A stretch of DNA of 64,000 nucleotides, taken from assembly GCF_011386835.1 (NCBI RefSeq), contig NC_088808.1, positions 22,568,001 through 22,632,000 on the forward strand. Direction: 5' to 3'. Positions 36,131 through 48,544 of the stretch are shown here, piece by piece. The position numbers were made by a program, and so were the translations under genes. Each line of letters begins with the position of its first letter. Position 1 is the stretch's first letter. The notes under the pieces are model-generated. The model did not search any database. It was not told where the DNA came from and was given only the letters and a program-made list of their open reading frames with translations. The stretch is from Chrysemys picta bellii (taxonomy: Eukaryota).

Positions 36131-38104
36131 GGAGGGACTGGGGAACCATAGACATGACTGATGGAACAGACAAGCCCCAGCTCTCCCCTTCAGGATGGAG
36201 GCATGGAGTACCATGGAGAGGCTAAATGGGAAAGGTAGCCTTTCCCCCGCCCCTAGGAGAGCATCACAGCCTAGATGTAGCAGCCAGGCCCACTACTGCA
36301 GCAGGCTAGTGCGATGAGTTCTCTCCCTTAGCACTTATAGCCCTAGACTCCACTGGCAGGGAACAAGAATCTAGTTTATCCCGCAGGCTGTAGCCCTGCT
36401 TCTGCTTAAAGCTTTTCTTGTATTAATACAGCTCAGGAGCAGAACCGAAGGCTGCAGCTAGAGGCATCATGAAGACTTTTGGTACTGATGCTGCAAGTTG
36501 GCCATGTTTGTTTACTGGGCTAGGGCCTTCTTTTCCTCCTCAGTAATAACCTGGTACAGAAACCAAAAGCAAAAGCGGTGTTACTGGAAATAAAGAAGCC
36601 ATGCCTGCTTTCTCTCCCCCCACAGAAAGAGAAGGCAGGCCCTTTGCACTGTATAACAATGAAGAGCTCTACAGGGCAGTTACTCTGTAAGTTGAAACTT
36701 CAATCAGGAACATCTCAGAAAAGGTCTGCAACAACCTCAGTTTTTTGCTACATTCTTGCATCTATGCTTCTGGAGGCCCGTGATAATTAAGTAGGCCATT
36801 TCCAGCTTTAAAGAGCTATAATAAAGGTTGACGCAGTATAAATTCTGCATCCTTTGATCAGATAAATCATTTTATCTTATAGACTACCACAAAAGGTGAT
36901 TATATATGTATGTAACAAAGACTGTGGTTCCCAACATGATTAGCAATTGAGAATGTGCTTAGAATATGGAGTCAGAAATAATTTCTGAAATAAATGGAGA
37001 GTTTCTTAACATAATATTCAATACTTTAAGGCAGTTTCAGACTCAATGACTTTCCTCAATGTTGTGTGTGTATATATACAAACAATGCCTCTTATTTCCA
37101 TTCCATTTTATTTATGTTATAAATAGAGCAAATGGTTACATTTAAAAAAATGGTACAAGGGGAGTTGTATGCATACATATGCCTGAGTCCAATTCTCTTT
37201 AACAAAATTCATCAAGTAAGAAATTCTAGCCACTGAAGAGGTACACACAGCTTCCTCTCAGATGTACATGCACTACAACAGCTGAACAAAAGTTACCAAT
37301 CCTCACACAGAAGGTGCATATCAAGATCATAACCTCTATTTCCCCTTTATCAGTTAGGGAAACAACATGAGTAACACACACCTAGATCAGGCAATGATTG
37401 TTTGAATTCATATTGCTGAGACTCATGCACTTGCCAGAAAGGCATTTTAGTTGAACAAACCCAAAGACAGCCAAACCAAGGCTCTATCTGCCCCACAACA
37501 GCACAATACATTTAACTTCTATACTACAATATTATAAAGGGTCCAATTTAAAAGGAGCATCAAGTTTTCCTTAATTTGTTAGTTTAATACAGTTCTCCAA
37601 TGTTTTCTGACATCTCCTAACATGTAAGGAACTGATTTTTAAAAAAAGTGTGCAAATCTGCAGGCACAAATGAACAGTTAGATATAAACCTGTACATACA
37701 CCCACGTTAATATTTGTTAATACAGTAACCAAGAATACCGAGTAAGTATGTTTTTGGAAGTCAGGTGAACCGTTAATGTTACCATTAACAAAATAAAACA
37801 TTTACAAAACCAAAAATGAATCCTTTGCATTTGTTACTATGTGAGGGACCCTCACACCCACCACTAAATGCAAGGTCAACAAGACTGCAAACACAGATTA
37901 GTCAAAGAATACAAACCAAAACTAACAAAATGCCATAAAAAGCAATTAATCACAATTGTAAAACAGCCATGTTTCAAACTTAAAACTTGCAAAATTCATT
38001 ATGCATCAGTGTCCAGCAAATAAGGAAAACCCAAACCCTTAGTTTGGCAAGTATAATTGTTATAGTTAAGAATGCCAGAACAATGTTGTCCAAATTATGT
38101 ATAT

Positions 38105-38520
38105 TGGATAAGAGCAGAGAGATGAAAGATGTCTTATGCTTAAAGCACTAGACTGGGACTCAGAATATTGTTTCAGTTGGCCAGTTATGCCTTCCTTGGG
38201 CATATCATTTGGGTCCCATTCCTACAGAGACTTATATACATGCTTAACTTTACACACTGACTAGTCCACCAATTCACTTCAATAGGACTACTTCACACTA
38301 TGTAAAATGAACTGAAACATGTTCTTCGTTAGTCTCTCTGTGCCTCAGTAACCCTGAGGGTACTGTAAAAATCTGTAAAATAGAGATAGCAGTACTTCCT
38401 ATCACCCTTTAGCTTATCTATTTAGATTGCAAACCCTTTGAGGTAGGAATTATCTCTGATGTTCATGTGCAGTGCCTAGCATAATGGGATCCTGAACTCA
38501 GCTGAGACCTCTAGGCATTG
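38105..38520 (+). repeat. MIR-type SINE relic with embedded palindromic repeat (~38210-38310)
   Basis: aaagcactagactgggactcag..tctctgtgcctcagt..ctgtaaaatagagatagcagtac..gtgcagtgcctagcataatggg. Confidence 0.55.
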
Positions 38521-40126
38521 TAATAAGTGACTGGTAAATCAGTTATTCAAAGCATGATTCTAACTATCAAGTGAAGAACCTATTACAAATTCATCTTGAA
38601 ACAAAGGTAAAATGACTAAAGTATTAAACCTGCCAAAACTGGGGTTTCAGTAGAGAGCAGTCATCATATCAGTACAGTTGAACATTGCTACTATAGATGA
38701 ATAATAGTAAGTTACACAGTATATATTGTGCACACAAACAACACCTAATTGTCTGGTGAGTGAAACCCAAAAGAGTGGCTTTTGTACTACAAGCTATACA
38801 GGAGGTTAACTAAAGATATCCCTTTGCAATTGACATAAGATCAATGTGGAAATATATCCTTATGCGGTATAAATACACAAGAAAGAGCACTGTTTTTTCT
38901 AATTCAAGAGGATCTAGAATAAATGGCATTATTCCACTCCAATAACTATATATAGTCTTTATTTATAGCACATTAAATGGAAGAAATATATATGCCACTC
39001 AAGGACAGGCACAAGATAAAGAGTTTGAGTTATAGGGCAGTTTGATGCCTGCAGGTAAAACCATGAAGTGTAACACATCTACCCAGGCACATACAAGTGT
39101 TTTACAATATCATACAATTAGAGACTGAAGAGTCCTCAGTGTCCAAACTGCTCCTTATACAGAAAGAACGTCTTTCAAATAGATATAGATTCCTAATATG
39201 TGACAGCTTGTAGCTCAGATTTTCACAGCAGCAGTACACATCTGAGATTTACAAAACTAAGACAAACATAAAATACAATCAGAAGACAAAGAATTAATTT
39301 AGAGTTTGATTACTAAAACAAGTGTACAACCAAACAATTTGTATCAGTGAGAACAAAGCTGTCAGATTGTTAGAAAACTTTAGAACATGAATAAAATGAG
39401 ACCCTATTAAGTTAAAAGTGAACTGAATAGTGTGTTTGTTTGTGCCTTTTACTGCTCCTCTATTTATAAAGACAATTTTAAAGCTTCATTAGAGAGTTTT
39501 CCTGTTTTTATTTTTTTAAACTACACACTTGAGAATCAGATTCGATGAGTGTGGTAGAAAAATCTATATAGAATAGAATAGGCCCTGACTTCTTTCTACT
39601 AGAAGAGCCAATGATTTGGTGAACCGGGAAAGTGACCTCACCATAGACTGAAACAAGAACTATCGGTCTTAGAACGCTCAATTGAGTGGGAATGATTGAC
39701 TCCCTGAATAGGTATTGACATCCCCTTCCCCACTCTATTCAAGGTTGGGAAAGAAACAGTTCAGGTTTCAGCTCGTTGAGATATCAAGGGTCCTTCAAAT
39801 AAGTACTGTCCTCTAATGGGAGGAGGAAGTGTGAAAGACAAGCACAAAGAGTTCTCTTTTAGAAGAAAAAGTTTTGCAGAGCTGTCTTTTATCTGTACCA
39901 TGCGTACCTGTAAAGGAGCACAAATTTTGTTCCGATATTTTGCCATTTACCTTCAACTAGCAAACACTATCTAAACAATTGCACCAATACTAGGTTTCAA
40001 TACAGTAAGCAAAATTAGATATTTATTTGCACTTGTCTCCCTTACATAAAGAGTTGGTGAACACCTGGCATTTCACCACAACAGGATTTTAAATAGAGCA
40101 CGTCTTTACATCTATCCAGAGATCCA

Positions 40127-41410
40127 CTAATCATAGTCTATTTTGATTTGTGTAATTGTGTCAAGGTTTGGTTTGTCACCACCATTCCTTCCGTGAACTG
40201 AAGTCAAGTGCTTTTTTAGGGCAGATTTGTGTTTAAAGTCCATGTCACAACAATGGCATTTGTAAGGTCTGTCCCCACTGTGAATATTCAAGTGGTCCTG
40301 AAGCGTGCTTTTAGCAGTAAATGTCTTCAGACAAACCATGCATTGGAATGGGCGGATGCCCATGTGCCCTCGGATATGCCTATTGAGATTCTTCTTTTGT
40401 GTAAATGTTTTCCCACACTGTAAGCATAAGAAAAGTTTGTGCATTTTTAGGTGTCTCAGATAGTTTTCAAGGTGGACAAATCCTCGGGGACATTTAGGAC
40501 ACTGGTGCCGCCATGAATAACCAGAATCCTCCAGACTCTGAAACCCACTCACTACACTCGAGGTTCCTTCTGTATTGTCACTGACAAAGCCCTGAAAATG
40601 ATTCCCAGGCACTTCTGTAATTCTACTCTCAACAGTAGAATTTATCAGTGAATGTTGTGTTTCTGGAAAATATAAACTTGTTTTAGAGGAAGTGCAAGGC
40701 TGTGGAAAATGATCATTTTCCACATTGGCTGTGCTCATGGAATCCATTCTGAAGATACAAATTTCATCATCTTTATATCCTATTTCAACTGTGGAAATCT
40801 CTGGAGTTTTCATGTCCTTTCTTTCCGATATTAAACTTTGCATTGCAGGTTGTAAGGCATCCCCTTGCTCCCGTTTTACATTATATTCTATATTAACAGG
40901 GCTATCTTCAGAAATTTCAATTATTTCACAGTCTTTATCCAAATTGTCATCTTTATTTCTCAGCTCAGTGTCTGAGGAATGACATTTCTCTGTGTTCTGA
41001 TTACTGTTCTCCATAGAAGCATCAATTTCCAGATATTTAGACAATGCTTCGGTACATTTCTCTACAATGTGGACCATCTGAAGGTAACTTGCAGCAATGA
41101 GATATTTCAAAAGCTCCTTCTTTTTAACTTCGAGAGCACCAGTATAACAAGACAATAGTAACTTTCTGCCAACCTCAGCACTCTGCAATATGGTGATTCG
41201 CATCTGTTTCGACTGACTGAGCAAAAACTGATCCCTCATAAATGTGGAGCAGGCAGCAAAAATCACTTTGTGTCCATGAAACTCAGTGTCATTGATATAT
41301 ATTGATACATCACAAAATAAATTCTGCTGTCTCAAGAGGTTCATCTTTTGCAACACAGCATCCCCTTGCTGTTCAAACTGGAAATGCAGCACATCTGAGT
41401 CCGTAGCCAT
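40127..41410 (-). CDS. ZBTB6: Zinc finger and BTB domain-containing protein 6 (427 aa; BTB + 4 C2H2)
   Basis: MATDSDVLHFQFEQQGDAVLQKMNLLRQQNLFCDV BTB domain and four C2H2 fingers; acceptor ccatag|GTTGTCAACATG at 41419; synteny with RC3H2. Confidence 0.97.
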   Translation of the reverse strand: MATDSDVLHFQFEQQGDAVLQKMNLLRQQNLFCDVSIYINDTEFHGHKVIFAACSTFMRDQFLLSQSKQMRITILQSAEVGRKLLLSCYTGALEVKKKELLKYLIAASYLQMVHIVEKCTEALSKYLEIDASMENSNQNTEKCHSSDTELRNKDDNLDKDCEIIEISEDSPVNIEYNVKREQGDALQPAMQSLISERKDMKTPEISTVEIGYKDDEICIFRMDSMSTANVENDHFPQPCTSSKTSLYFPETQHSLINSTVESRITEVPGNHFQGFVSDNTEGTSSVVSGFQSLEDSGYSWRHQCPKCPRGFVHLENYLRHLKMHKLFLCLQCGKTFTQKKNLNRHIRGHMGIRPFQCMVCLKTFTAKSTLQDHLNIHSGDRPYKCHCCDMDFKHKSALKKHLTSVHGRNGGDKPNLDTITQIKIDYD

Positions 41411-41759
41411 GTTGACAACCTATGGAAAACGCACAACAGAAACGTTACAATTCAAGTATATCATTCTGGATGCAGCTTTCACTGTCTCAAACTTCCAATC
41501 TGATATTTACTGAATACGATTTCATCAGCAGTTTAAAGCCACTGCATATACCGGTGCTGAATAGTGTTTATGCAGAGTAAGGCTCAAAAGCTTACTTAGG
41601 GGCTTGCAACTGGCCTGGTTCTGTATTCCAGTCTAGACAGGGCTCCCCCATAAAACACTCATATCTAACCCTTACTCTCAGCACGGTGCCTACAAGAGCC
41701 CGTGGACACAAGTAGGAGTAGCCAGGCTTAGCCACAGCTGGGTCTGAAAACTATTTAAA

Positions 41760-42460
41760 ACGGTTACGAGCCCTACGTCGCAGTGCCACCCTCGCAGCTG
41801 CACGACGCCCCCCATCCAGCCCAGCCCAGCCCAGCCGCCAGACCTTGCTGCGCTTCCTCTCTGCCCAAACCCGCAGGAGCCCCCGCCCTCCCGAGCTGCT
41901 CCGGCTCTAGGCCCAAGTGAAGGCGGCTGGAGACGCCGGAGCCGGAACCTCCCCCTTCCGGGATTACCACCTTCTCCTTCCACGTTCCTCAGCCCCGAAC
42001 CGGCTGCGGCAGCCCTGAGAGCAAGCGCTACCCACCGCAACCGATGAACCGGAAGCACATTCCCAAGTCCCGCCCCCTCCACCGGAAGAGATCTTTGTGG
42101 AGCGCTCTATCAGTCCCCTGACCCCAGCTACCGGCCTCCCCTGCCCAATAGGACGAGGCAGCGGCAGGGCTGCGGCTTCCGGGAGCCCGGAAGTGGTTCG
42201 GGCTGGAGGCGGATGTGTTTCCGTTCGGACTCCGCCGTGCCTGTCCCCTTCATGGACGCACAGACTGGTGGGGCAACACGAGCCTCCGGGCGGAGTCATT
42301 GGGCCCCATCATCCCCCACGACGGGGACGGGGACGGGGACGGGGACACCGGGGGACGAGCCCCCCTCCCCCCAGCGGGAGACGTGTGTGTAACGGGAGGG
42401 GGTGAGTCCCGCTCCCTTGCCAGGGGCTACCGTAGCTGGAGGGTTTACGAACCCGGCAGG
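41760..42460 (-). promoter_or_regulatory. ZBTB6: CpG island / ZBTB6 promoter and non-coding first exon
   Basis: CpG-rich; ETS-type CCGGAAG at 42049, 42082, 42187 and reverse at ~42176; GC box; exon 1 donor not resolved. Confidence 0.85.
42320..42346 (+). repeat. (GGGGAC)4 tandem repeat
   Basis: Read directly. Confidence 0.95.
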
Positions 42461-45205
42461 GATCCTCCCCCATACCACAGCCCCCTCACTTGCCCACTCA
42501 GGTGCGGTGGCTCCACCAGGCAAAAGCCAAGCGTCACAGCTGGTCATGAAATCATCGGTGGGCACCTACAACTGGAGGGTGACGGCTGCCTCTCCAGCCT
42601 GGCAGCCCTGCTCCCGGTGGGCCTGCGGGCTATGGTGGTCTACTACATTCCTGCAGCCAGCCGAGTCTTAGGCCCATTCAAATGAAATTTGTGTAGAAAT
42701 GGGCCATTTTGCTTATGTCTGAAAAACACATACAGGCAAGGGGCTTAGGGGGAAGTTTAGAATAAGCATTGGCATCGTTACAATGCTTCCCAGCTAAGGC
42801 TCTCACCGCATTGTACTAACAACAGATTTAGCTACAGGGAGCAAAGCAACAGGTGAAAATGAAGCAGAAAGACGATCAATGAATTAGCCAAAGCCACAGA
42901 GCATACCAGAACCAGAAGATAAGCTCAAGAAAGTCAATGCCTTCTGTCCTTTAACCACAAAACTAGCCCTTAGAGTCCTTTAGGACAGAGTAGTGGAGTC
43001 AGTTGTAGTAATAAAGAGTAACTCATAATGGATATGGCACGCTCTTAGTGACATTTATTTAAGTCCCTCTGGGATATTTTCCAAGGTTGTCCATCAGTAA
43101 GGAATTCCAGATTTAGAAACAATTAAGGGTCTGCTCATAATTCAGGCATTTTAGTAGAAGGCAGAATTAGGCTCAGTAGTTGTAGGGGGAAAAATAGTTA
43201 CTTCTCATCACCCCTACTACCACTCACAGAATTATTGCTGTTTGGGGCAAAAAATTCAGAAACCCTACACCCTAAATGGGATATTTTAGATTACTTTGGT
43301 TTTCCTTTTAGATCACACAGTGAGTAATAGGCATTAGAAATCCTTGTGATCTGTACAGAACATACCATAAAAAAAAGCTAGTAGTGATACAAAAGTTGGC
43401 TCATCCCTTAAACAGTACTCAAAGAAAGAGTAGGCAGAAAGGTGCCTAAAAAGAGTTTAAAAAGCCATTGATGCACCAGCTTTGGTAATAAAAATGTGTA
43501 TTCAACTTCCTCCTAATCATTGAAGAGGTACTTAATTATTCTGTGGAGCATAAACTAGGATAAAGGAAATAGATGTTCAGTATATCCCTTCTCCATGGAG
43601 AATTTGACTGTCTCTATATCAGGTCAGTATAGTGAACTACAGTTCTGTACATTTGCTCATTTCATCTGCACCATTGTTTTTATTATTAAAAAAAAAAAGG
43701 AAAGAAAGACAACACAGAACTGCAGGATACCAGTAATATTTTTAATACAGTTTTGCTTTTTGTCACATTTTTAATTAAACTCTCTCTCCCTACTCTCCAT
43801 CCCTTCTCAAAATGACTCCAGTATTCACCACCAGTCCTCTCATGTTCTGTACTTTCGCATTCAATGTGCTCTATGTTCAAGTCAAATAAGACTACTGGTG
43901 TGACAAATTGTATAGGTTTATAAGTTTTGCCACAGAGGAGGAGGGGGAAAACCCACAAAAAACCTGATACTTCAGGTATGTCAGAGTCACTAACTTGTAA
44001 AATTCTTCTATAAAAAGGTAAGACAAACCTACAGTAGTTCTCTTACCCATATGTTCATCAAGTAAATAGGTTCTAAAAGCAAAAATAATCCTTACAAATG
44101 TGGCCAAAGTGTCTTTCAAATATTTTAGTAATGGTAGACTTTTCCCCTAATTATTTTTAGGATAGGCAGGAACTTGTACATTACACTCAGTTGTGAGATT
44201 ACCCATGTATCAGTAAATGGTGTTTGACACATTAACATACAGATTATGACAATTGCCAGAGAATTTATCTGACTAAGCAACAGCACTATCAACTTCAAGT
44301 GGATCTAGGCCAGTTAGAACTTTGCAATAAAAAGTGATTTAGAAGAAAGTTATACATACATGATTGGCTACATATTAAGTTCATTTTATTCTATAACAAA
44401 GCTGCCTTTGGATAGTCTGTATAAATAGATTTTATAACAATAGTGCCAGGCTCCATTTTAATTCTTAATTCAGGGGGAAAAAAACATTGACAAGATTTTC
44501 TTTGTCTCTAGTCCACATTAGAGCTATGATAACCCATTTTCCATATAATGAATATTATAGTATCAAATGTTTGAACAATATGGAAGATTCTGCCTGAAAT
44601 CAGATCCACATGCAATATTTCAGACATAATAACCATGGGGTAACAGCTCAAGCTGATTCTGTATGCAGGTTTTTGATTTTTTTCTTTAAAAAATTTAATT
44701 TATTTTTCCATGCAAGCTGTCTCTGAACCAAGATTCTGAAATAAATAGTTTCCTAAAATAGTTACATTTCAGAACTAAATTAATCTGCTATGATATTTGT
44801 TTCCCCCTCTCCATTGCCCATTACTTATTCCAAAACTGTACACATAACAGGCAACTATAGCCGTTTAAAACTTTCTATCTGAAAAGGTGATTGTGTCCTT
44901 TCATAACATTTTGCAACATTAGCACTTCATTCACTGTAATGCTTGTTTTGGGAACTTCTGACTTTTGTATGCCCCTTTTCTCAAGACCCAAGCTGTCTTT
45001 TGATAATGAAATATACATTATTTTCTGCAATAAAATGCTTTGGTCATATTTTAGTTTAGCATTGTTACAGTTCTAGACTTAAACAGCTGCATTAGAAGTA
45101 ATACTTGATCCAAATGTGAAAAGCAGTTCTTTACCAAGGGTCAAGCAGTAGATTATTAGACCACACTGCATTTCAATTCAGTAAGAGTGCTACTCTTCTG
45201 TAAAT

Positions 45206-45259
45206 CTTCTCTTCTGACTTCTGTTAGTCTCAAAGGTGCCACAGGACCCTCTGTTGCTT
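45206..45259 (+). mobile_element. 5'-truncated copy of the Penelope-derived mini-element (no hammerhead)
   Basis: acttctgttagtctcaaaggtgccacaggaccctctgttgct; 12-bp flanking repeat TCTTCTGTAAAT (45194-45205, 45260-45271). Confidence 0.85.
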
Positions 45260-46048
45260 TCTTCTGTAAATGGTATTCTTCAGATGAGATATTAAAGTAT
45301 GGTCCTTTCACTCCAACTACGACGGCAGCCATCTAGATTAAAACTTCCATGACACTTTTCAAAACAAGTACAGCATAATCTCAACCCCCAGTTAACATTC
45401 CATTCCCTCTAGGTCTGAGATTCAAAGATGTGTAAAAGAGCTATTGCTGATCACAGTCAATAACTGATGCATTAATCTACAGCCAATGACACCTGTATCT
45501 TACTCTGTCTAAACTCTTACCTTGTAAAGCTCTAGGATTCATGAACTATGTAGGGTGGTAGCTAAATTCTAGTCTACTTTTCAAGATGAAGTGCATACTT
45601 TTAGGATCCAACAGAGACTATGATCTAACTTTATATTTTCCCCCCAGTTAACTGACATACATAGCTCCTAGTAGAGCTCTAGGAAGAGTTTAAAAAAAAA
45701 AAAAAGTATGGAATTACACATTTCAGCTGCTGAAAGAGATTCTTTTCACAATGTCATAAATAAAGCAATATTCCCCACTTCAGCTTTGCTTTAAAACCAA
45801 ATATGAAAGTCACAATTGCTGTGGTTTATGTGAAGCAATGTTTATAGGAGACAGAACAATAATTTTATTTTGAAGTCTTTACCATGTCTTAGTACATACA
45901 GTGATAGGTGGTCCTTTAGTGCTTGTCTTCACTACAAGTTAGCATGCTTTAGTTACTGCATTCAAGCTAGCCTAGCTTGAGTGAGAGCAACCACACTTCA
46001 AAGCAATACGGGAGTTTCACAGCCTGATTTGATTAGTTGCTGTTGAGT

Positions 46049-47520
46049 TAGAATAATAGAACTATAGGGCAAAAAGGGACCTCGAAAGATCACTTAGTCC
46101 AGCCCTCTGTGCTGAGACAGGACCAAGTAAACCTCCTAGAACATTTGTGACAGGTGTTTGGAAGTTTTAAGAACAGATTAGACAATGATGGGAATTCGAC
46201 AACCTTCCTTGGAAGCCTGTTTCATTACAGCTTATATTTAGAAAATTTCCCTAATATCTAATCTAGATCTCCCTTGCTGCTACCTTCGAGTGGCCATTGT
46301 TCTCCATAACATCTCTCAACACATTTAAAAACTATGATCACATTCCCCCATCAGACTCCTTTTCTCAAGACTAAACATGCCCTTTTTATTTTTTGTTTTA
46401 ACCTTTCCTCATAGGTCAGGTTTTCTAAACCCAGGGCCGCCCAGAGGGGGGGCAACTGGGGCAATTTGCCCCGGGCCCCGCAGGGGCCCCCACAAGAGTT
46501 TTTCGGGGCCCCTGGAGCGGGGTCCTTCACTTGCTCTGGGGGCACTGGAAAACTCTCACGGGGCCCGGGCCCTCGAAGCTTCTTCCGCTCCGGGTCTTCG
46601 GTGGCAATTCGGCGGCAGGAGGTCCTTCCACCCTGGGACCCACCGCCGAAGTGCTGGGTCTTCGGCGGCGGGGGCCTACCGCCCCCAGAATCCTCTGGGC
46701 GACCCTGTCTAAACCTTCTATAAATTTGTTGCTCTCCTATTCTCCTCATCTTTCCTAAAGTGAGATGCTCAGAACTGGACATAGCACTCCAACAGAGGCC
46801 TCATCACTGCTGAGTAAAGTTGGACAATTACCTCCTGTGTGTTACATATGGGACTCCGGTTAATACGCCCCAGAATGATATTTACCTTTTTGGTAACTCC
46901 ATCACATTGTTGATTCATTAAATTTGTGATCCACTACAACTACTGGATCATTTTCAACAGTATAAACTCACAGCCAGTTATTCCCAGTTTTATATGTGCT
47001 TTTGATTTTTTATTCCTAAATTTACTCTTAACTTTACTGGATTTCATCTTGTTGATTTCAGACCAATTCTCCAATTTGGCAAGATTATTTTGAATTCTGA
47101 TCTGTTCCTCTAAAGTGCTACAAATCCCTGCCAGTTTGGTGGTAATCCTCACATTTAAAAAGCACATTCTACACTATATTATCCAAGTCATTAATGAAAA
47201 TATTGAGAAGTACTGGACGCAAGACAGACTCCTGCAGGACCCCACTAGATACTGCCTTCCAATTGGACAGCTACTATTGATAACTATTCTTTGAATACAG
47301 TCTTTCCACCAGTTATGCATCCACCATATAGTAACTTCATCTAGACCACGTTTCCTTATGAAAAAATCATGTGAGTCTAAGTCAAAAGCCTTTCTGAAAA
47401 TCAAGATGGAGGGAGGGGAACATACATCTACTGCTTCCCCTCTACCCACTAGGACAGTAACTCTGTCAATGAAGGAAATTAGTTTGGTTTGGCATGATTT
47501 TTGAGACGCCCACATTGGGT
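46049..47520 (-). mobile_element. Decayed CR1 LINE 3' portion, interrupted by a hAT MITE
   Basis: CR1 3' end at ~46049; RT remnants SCQTKLISFIDRV..FRKAFD and QNNLAKLENWSEINKM. Confidence 0.88.
46432..46707. mobile_element. Young GC-rich hAT MITE
   Basis: TIR CAGGGCCGCCCAGAGG / CCTCTGGGCGACCCTG; perfect TSD TCTAAACC (46424-46431, 46708-46715). Confidence 0.92.
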
Positions 47521-48544
47521 ATTATTTATTCTCTTATTGTCCTCTACATGCTTGTTGTAACTCAAGTTGTTGCATCCCCAGAGAGTTACTAGGTTTAGCA
47601 TCAACATCACTTAAGTTTCAAACGCCCGCCCTCCCAACTAGCTAGCTAGAATTTAAAGCACCACTTAACTTGAGCTAGAGAATTCCGTGTGTGGATGGGA
47701 GTTGAGCTAGGGGTAGTATTTCAATTATTACCTGAGCTAATTATGCTGTGAAAGCACATCCTCAGTAGCCCTACATCAAGGAAGAAGTCAGACCCTGACC
47801 CTAGGCAATCAGCCTCATGTTCTAAAAATCTGCAATTTATTTGCTTTACAAACAGTACCATGTAATCTACCTGACCCACCTAGATCATTCAGGGCTTTAG
47901 CTCTTTCTAAACATACATCCATGTTAATAATCCTGAAAGTTGCTATCGGCTGGGGTAGGGCTGATTAGCAGAGAAAATTCAATTACATAGTTTAAAAGGG
48001 ACAAAAAAGTGACACATGGAAAAAAGTATTTAATTTTAACTTTAGGGATTTGGGTAAGATTGGAAGGCAAATAACTGAAGTTTTAACAGATAAATTAGCA
48101 GTTGAACTACATAACTCTCAGTTATCCAGTGCTTTTTGAAAAAGTCAGGTTTTATCTCATAGACTCATCCTTTCTGTTGTTTCTTCTATCTGCCCAGACA
48201 CACACAGGCCCTTAACTGTACAGCACATAGTTTAATTGATGACTGCCTACAGCAAGAGTTCTTCAAAAGGTGACAGTCCCATGTCTCCAAATCAGATTAA
48301 ATGATCCAAAGTGTAACAAATCCAAAATTTAACCCCATGCTCACCAGTAGGAACACAGACAGAAACCCTGCATGAGGATTGCTAGTCACAGAAAATAAGA
48401 CTAGAATGAAGGCTGACAACCTGTTAGGTTTTGTAATTCAATCTGTACACAACCTTTCAGGGCATACCATCTGCTTTGGTGAAAGCCCAAATCCAACCTT
48501 TTGTTCCTTTCTTTGTGATGCCTACAAAGGGCTGCTTGGAATGC

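Noticed and set aside
35216-36151. 311-aa ORF and neighbouring ORFs in the RC3H2 CpG island
   Set aside because: Low-complexity R/P/G/A translation, antisense to RC3H2; stop-poor because of GC content.
41690-42685. ORFs of 100-156 aa at the ZBTB6 promoter
   Set aside because: GC-rich promoter DNA; no homology cues.
36800-48544. Roquin CDE/ADE stem-loops in ZBTB6/ZBTB26 3' regions
   Set aside because: Only weak 3-4 bp UCUGUGA-type hairpins (e.g. ~43222, ~48390) were seen; none matches the canonical stem.
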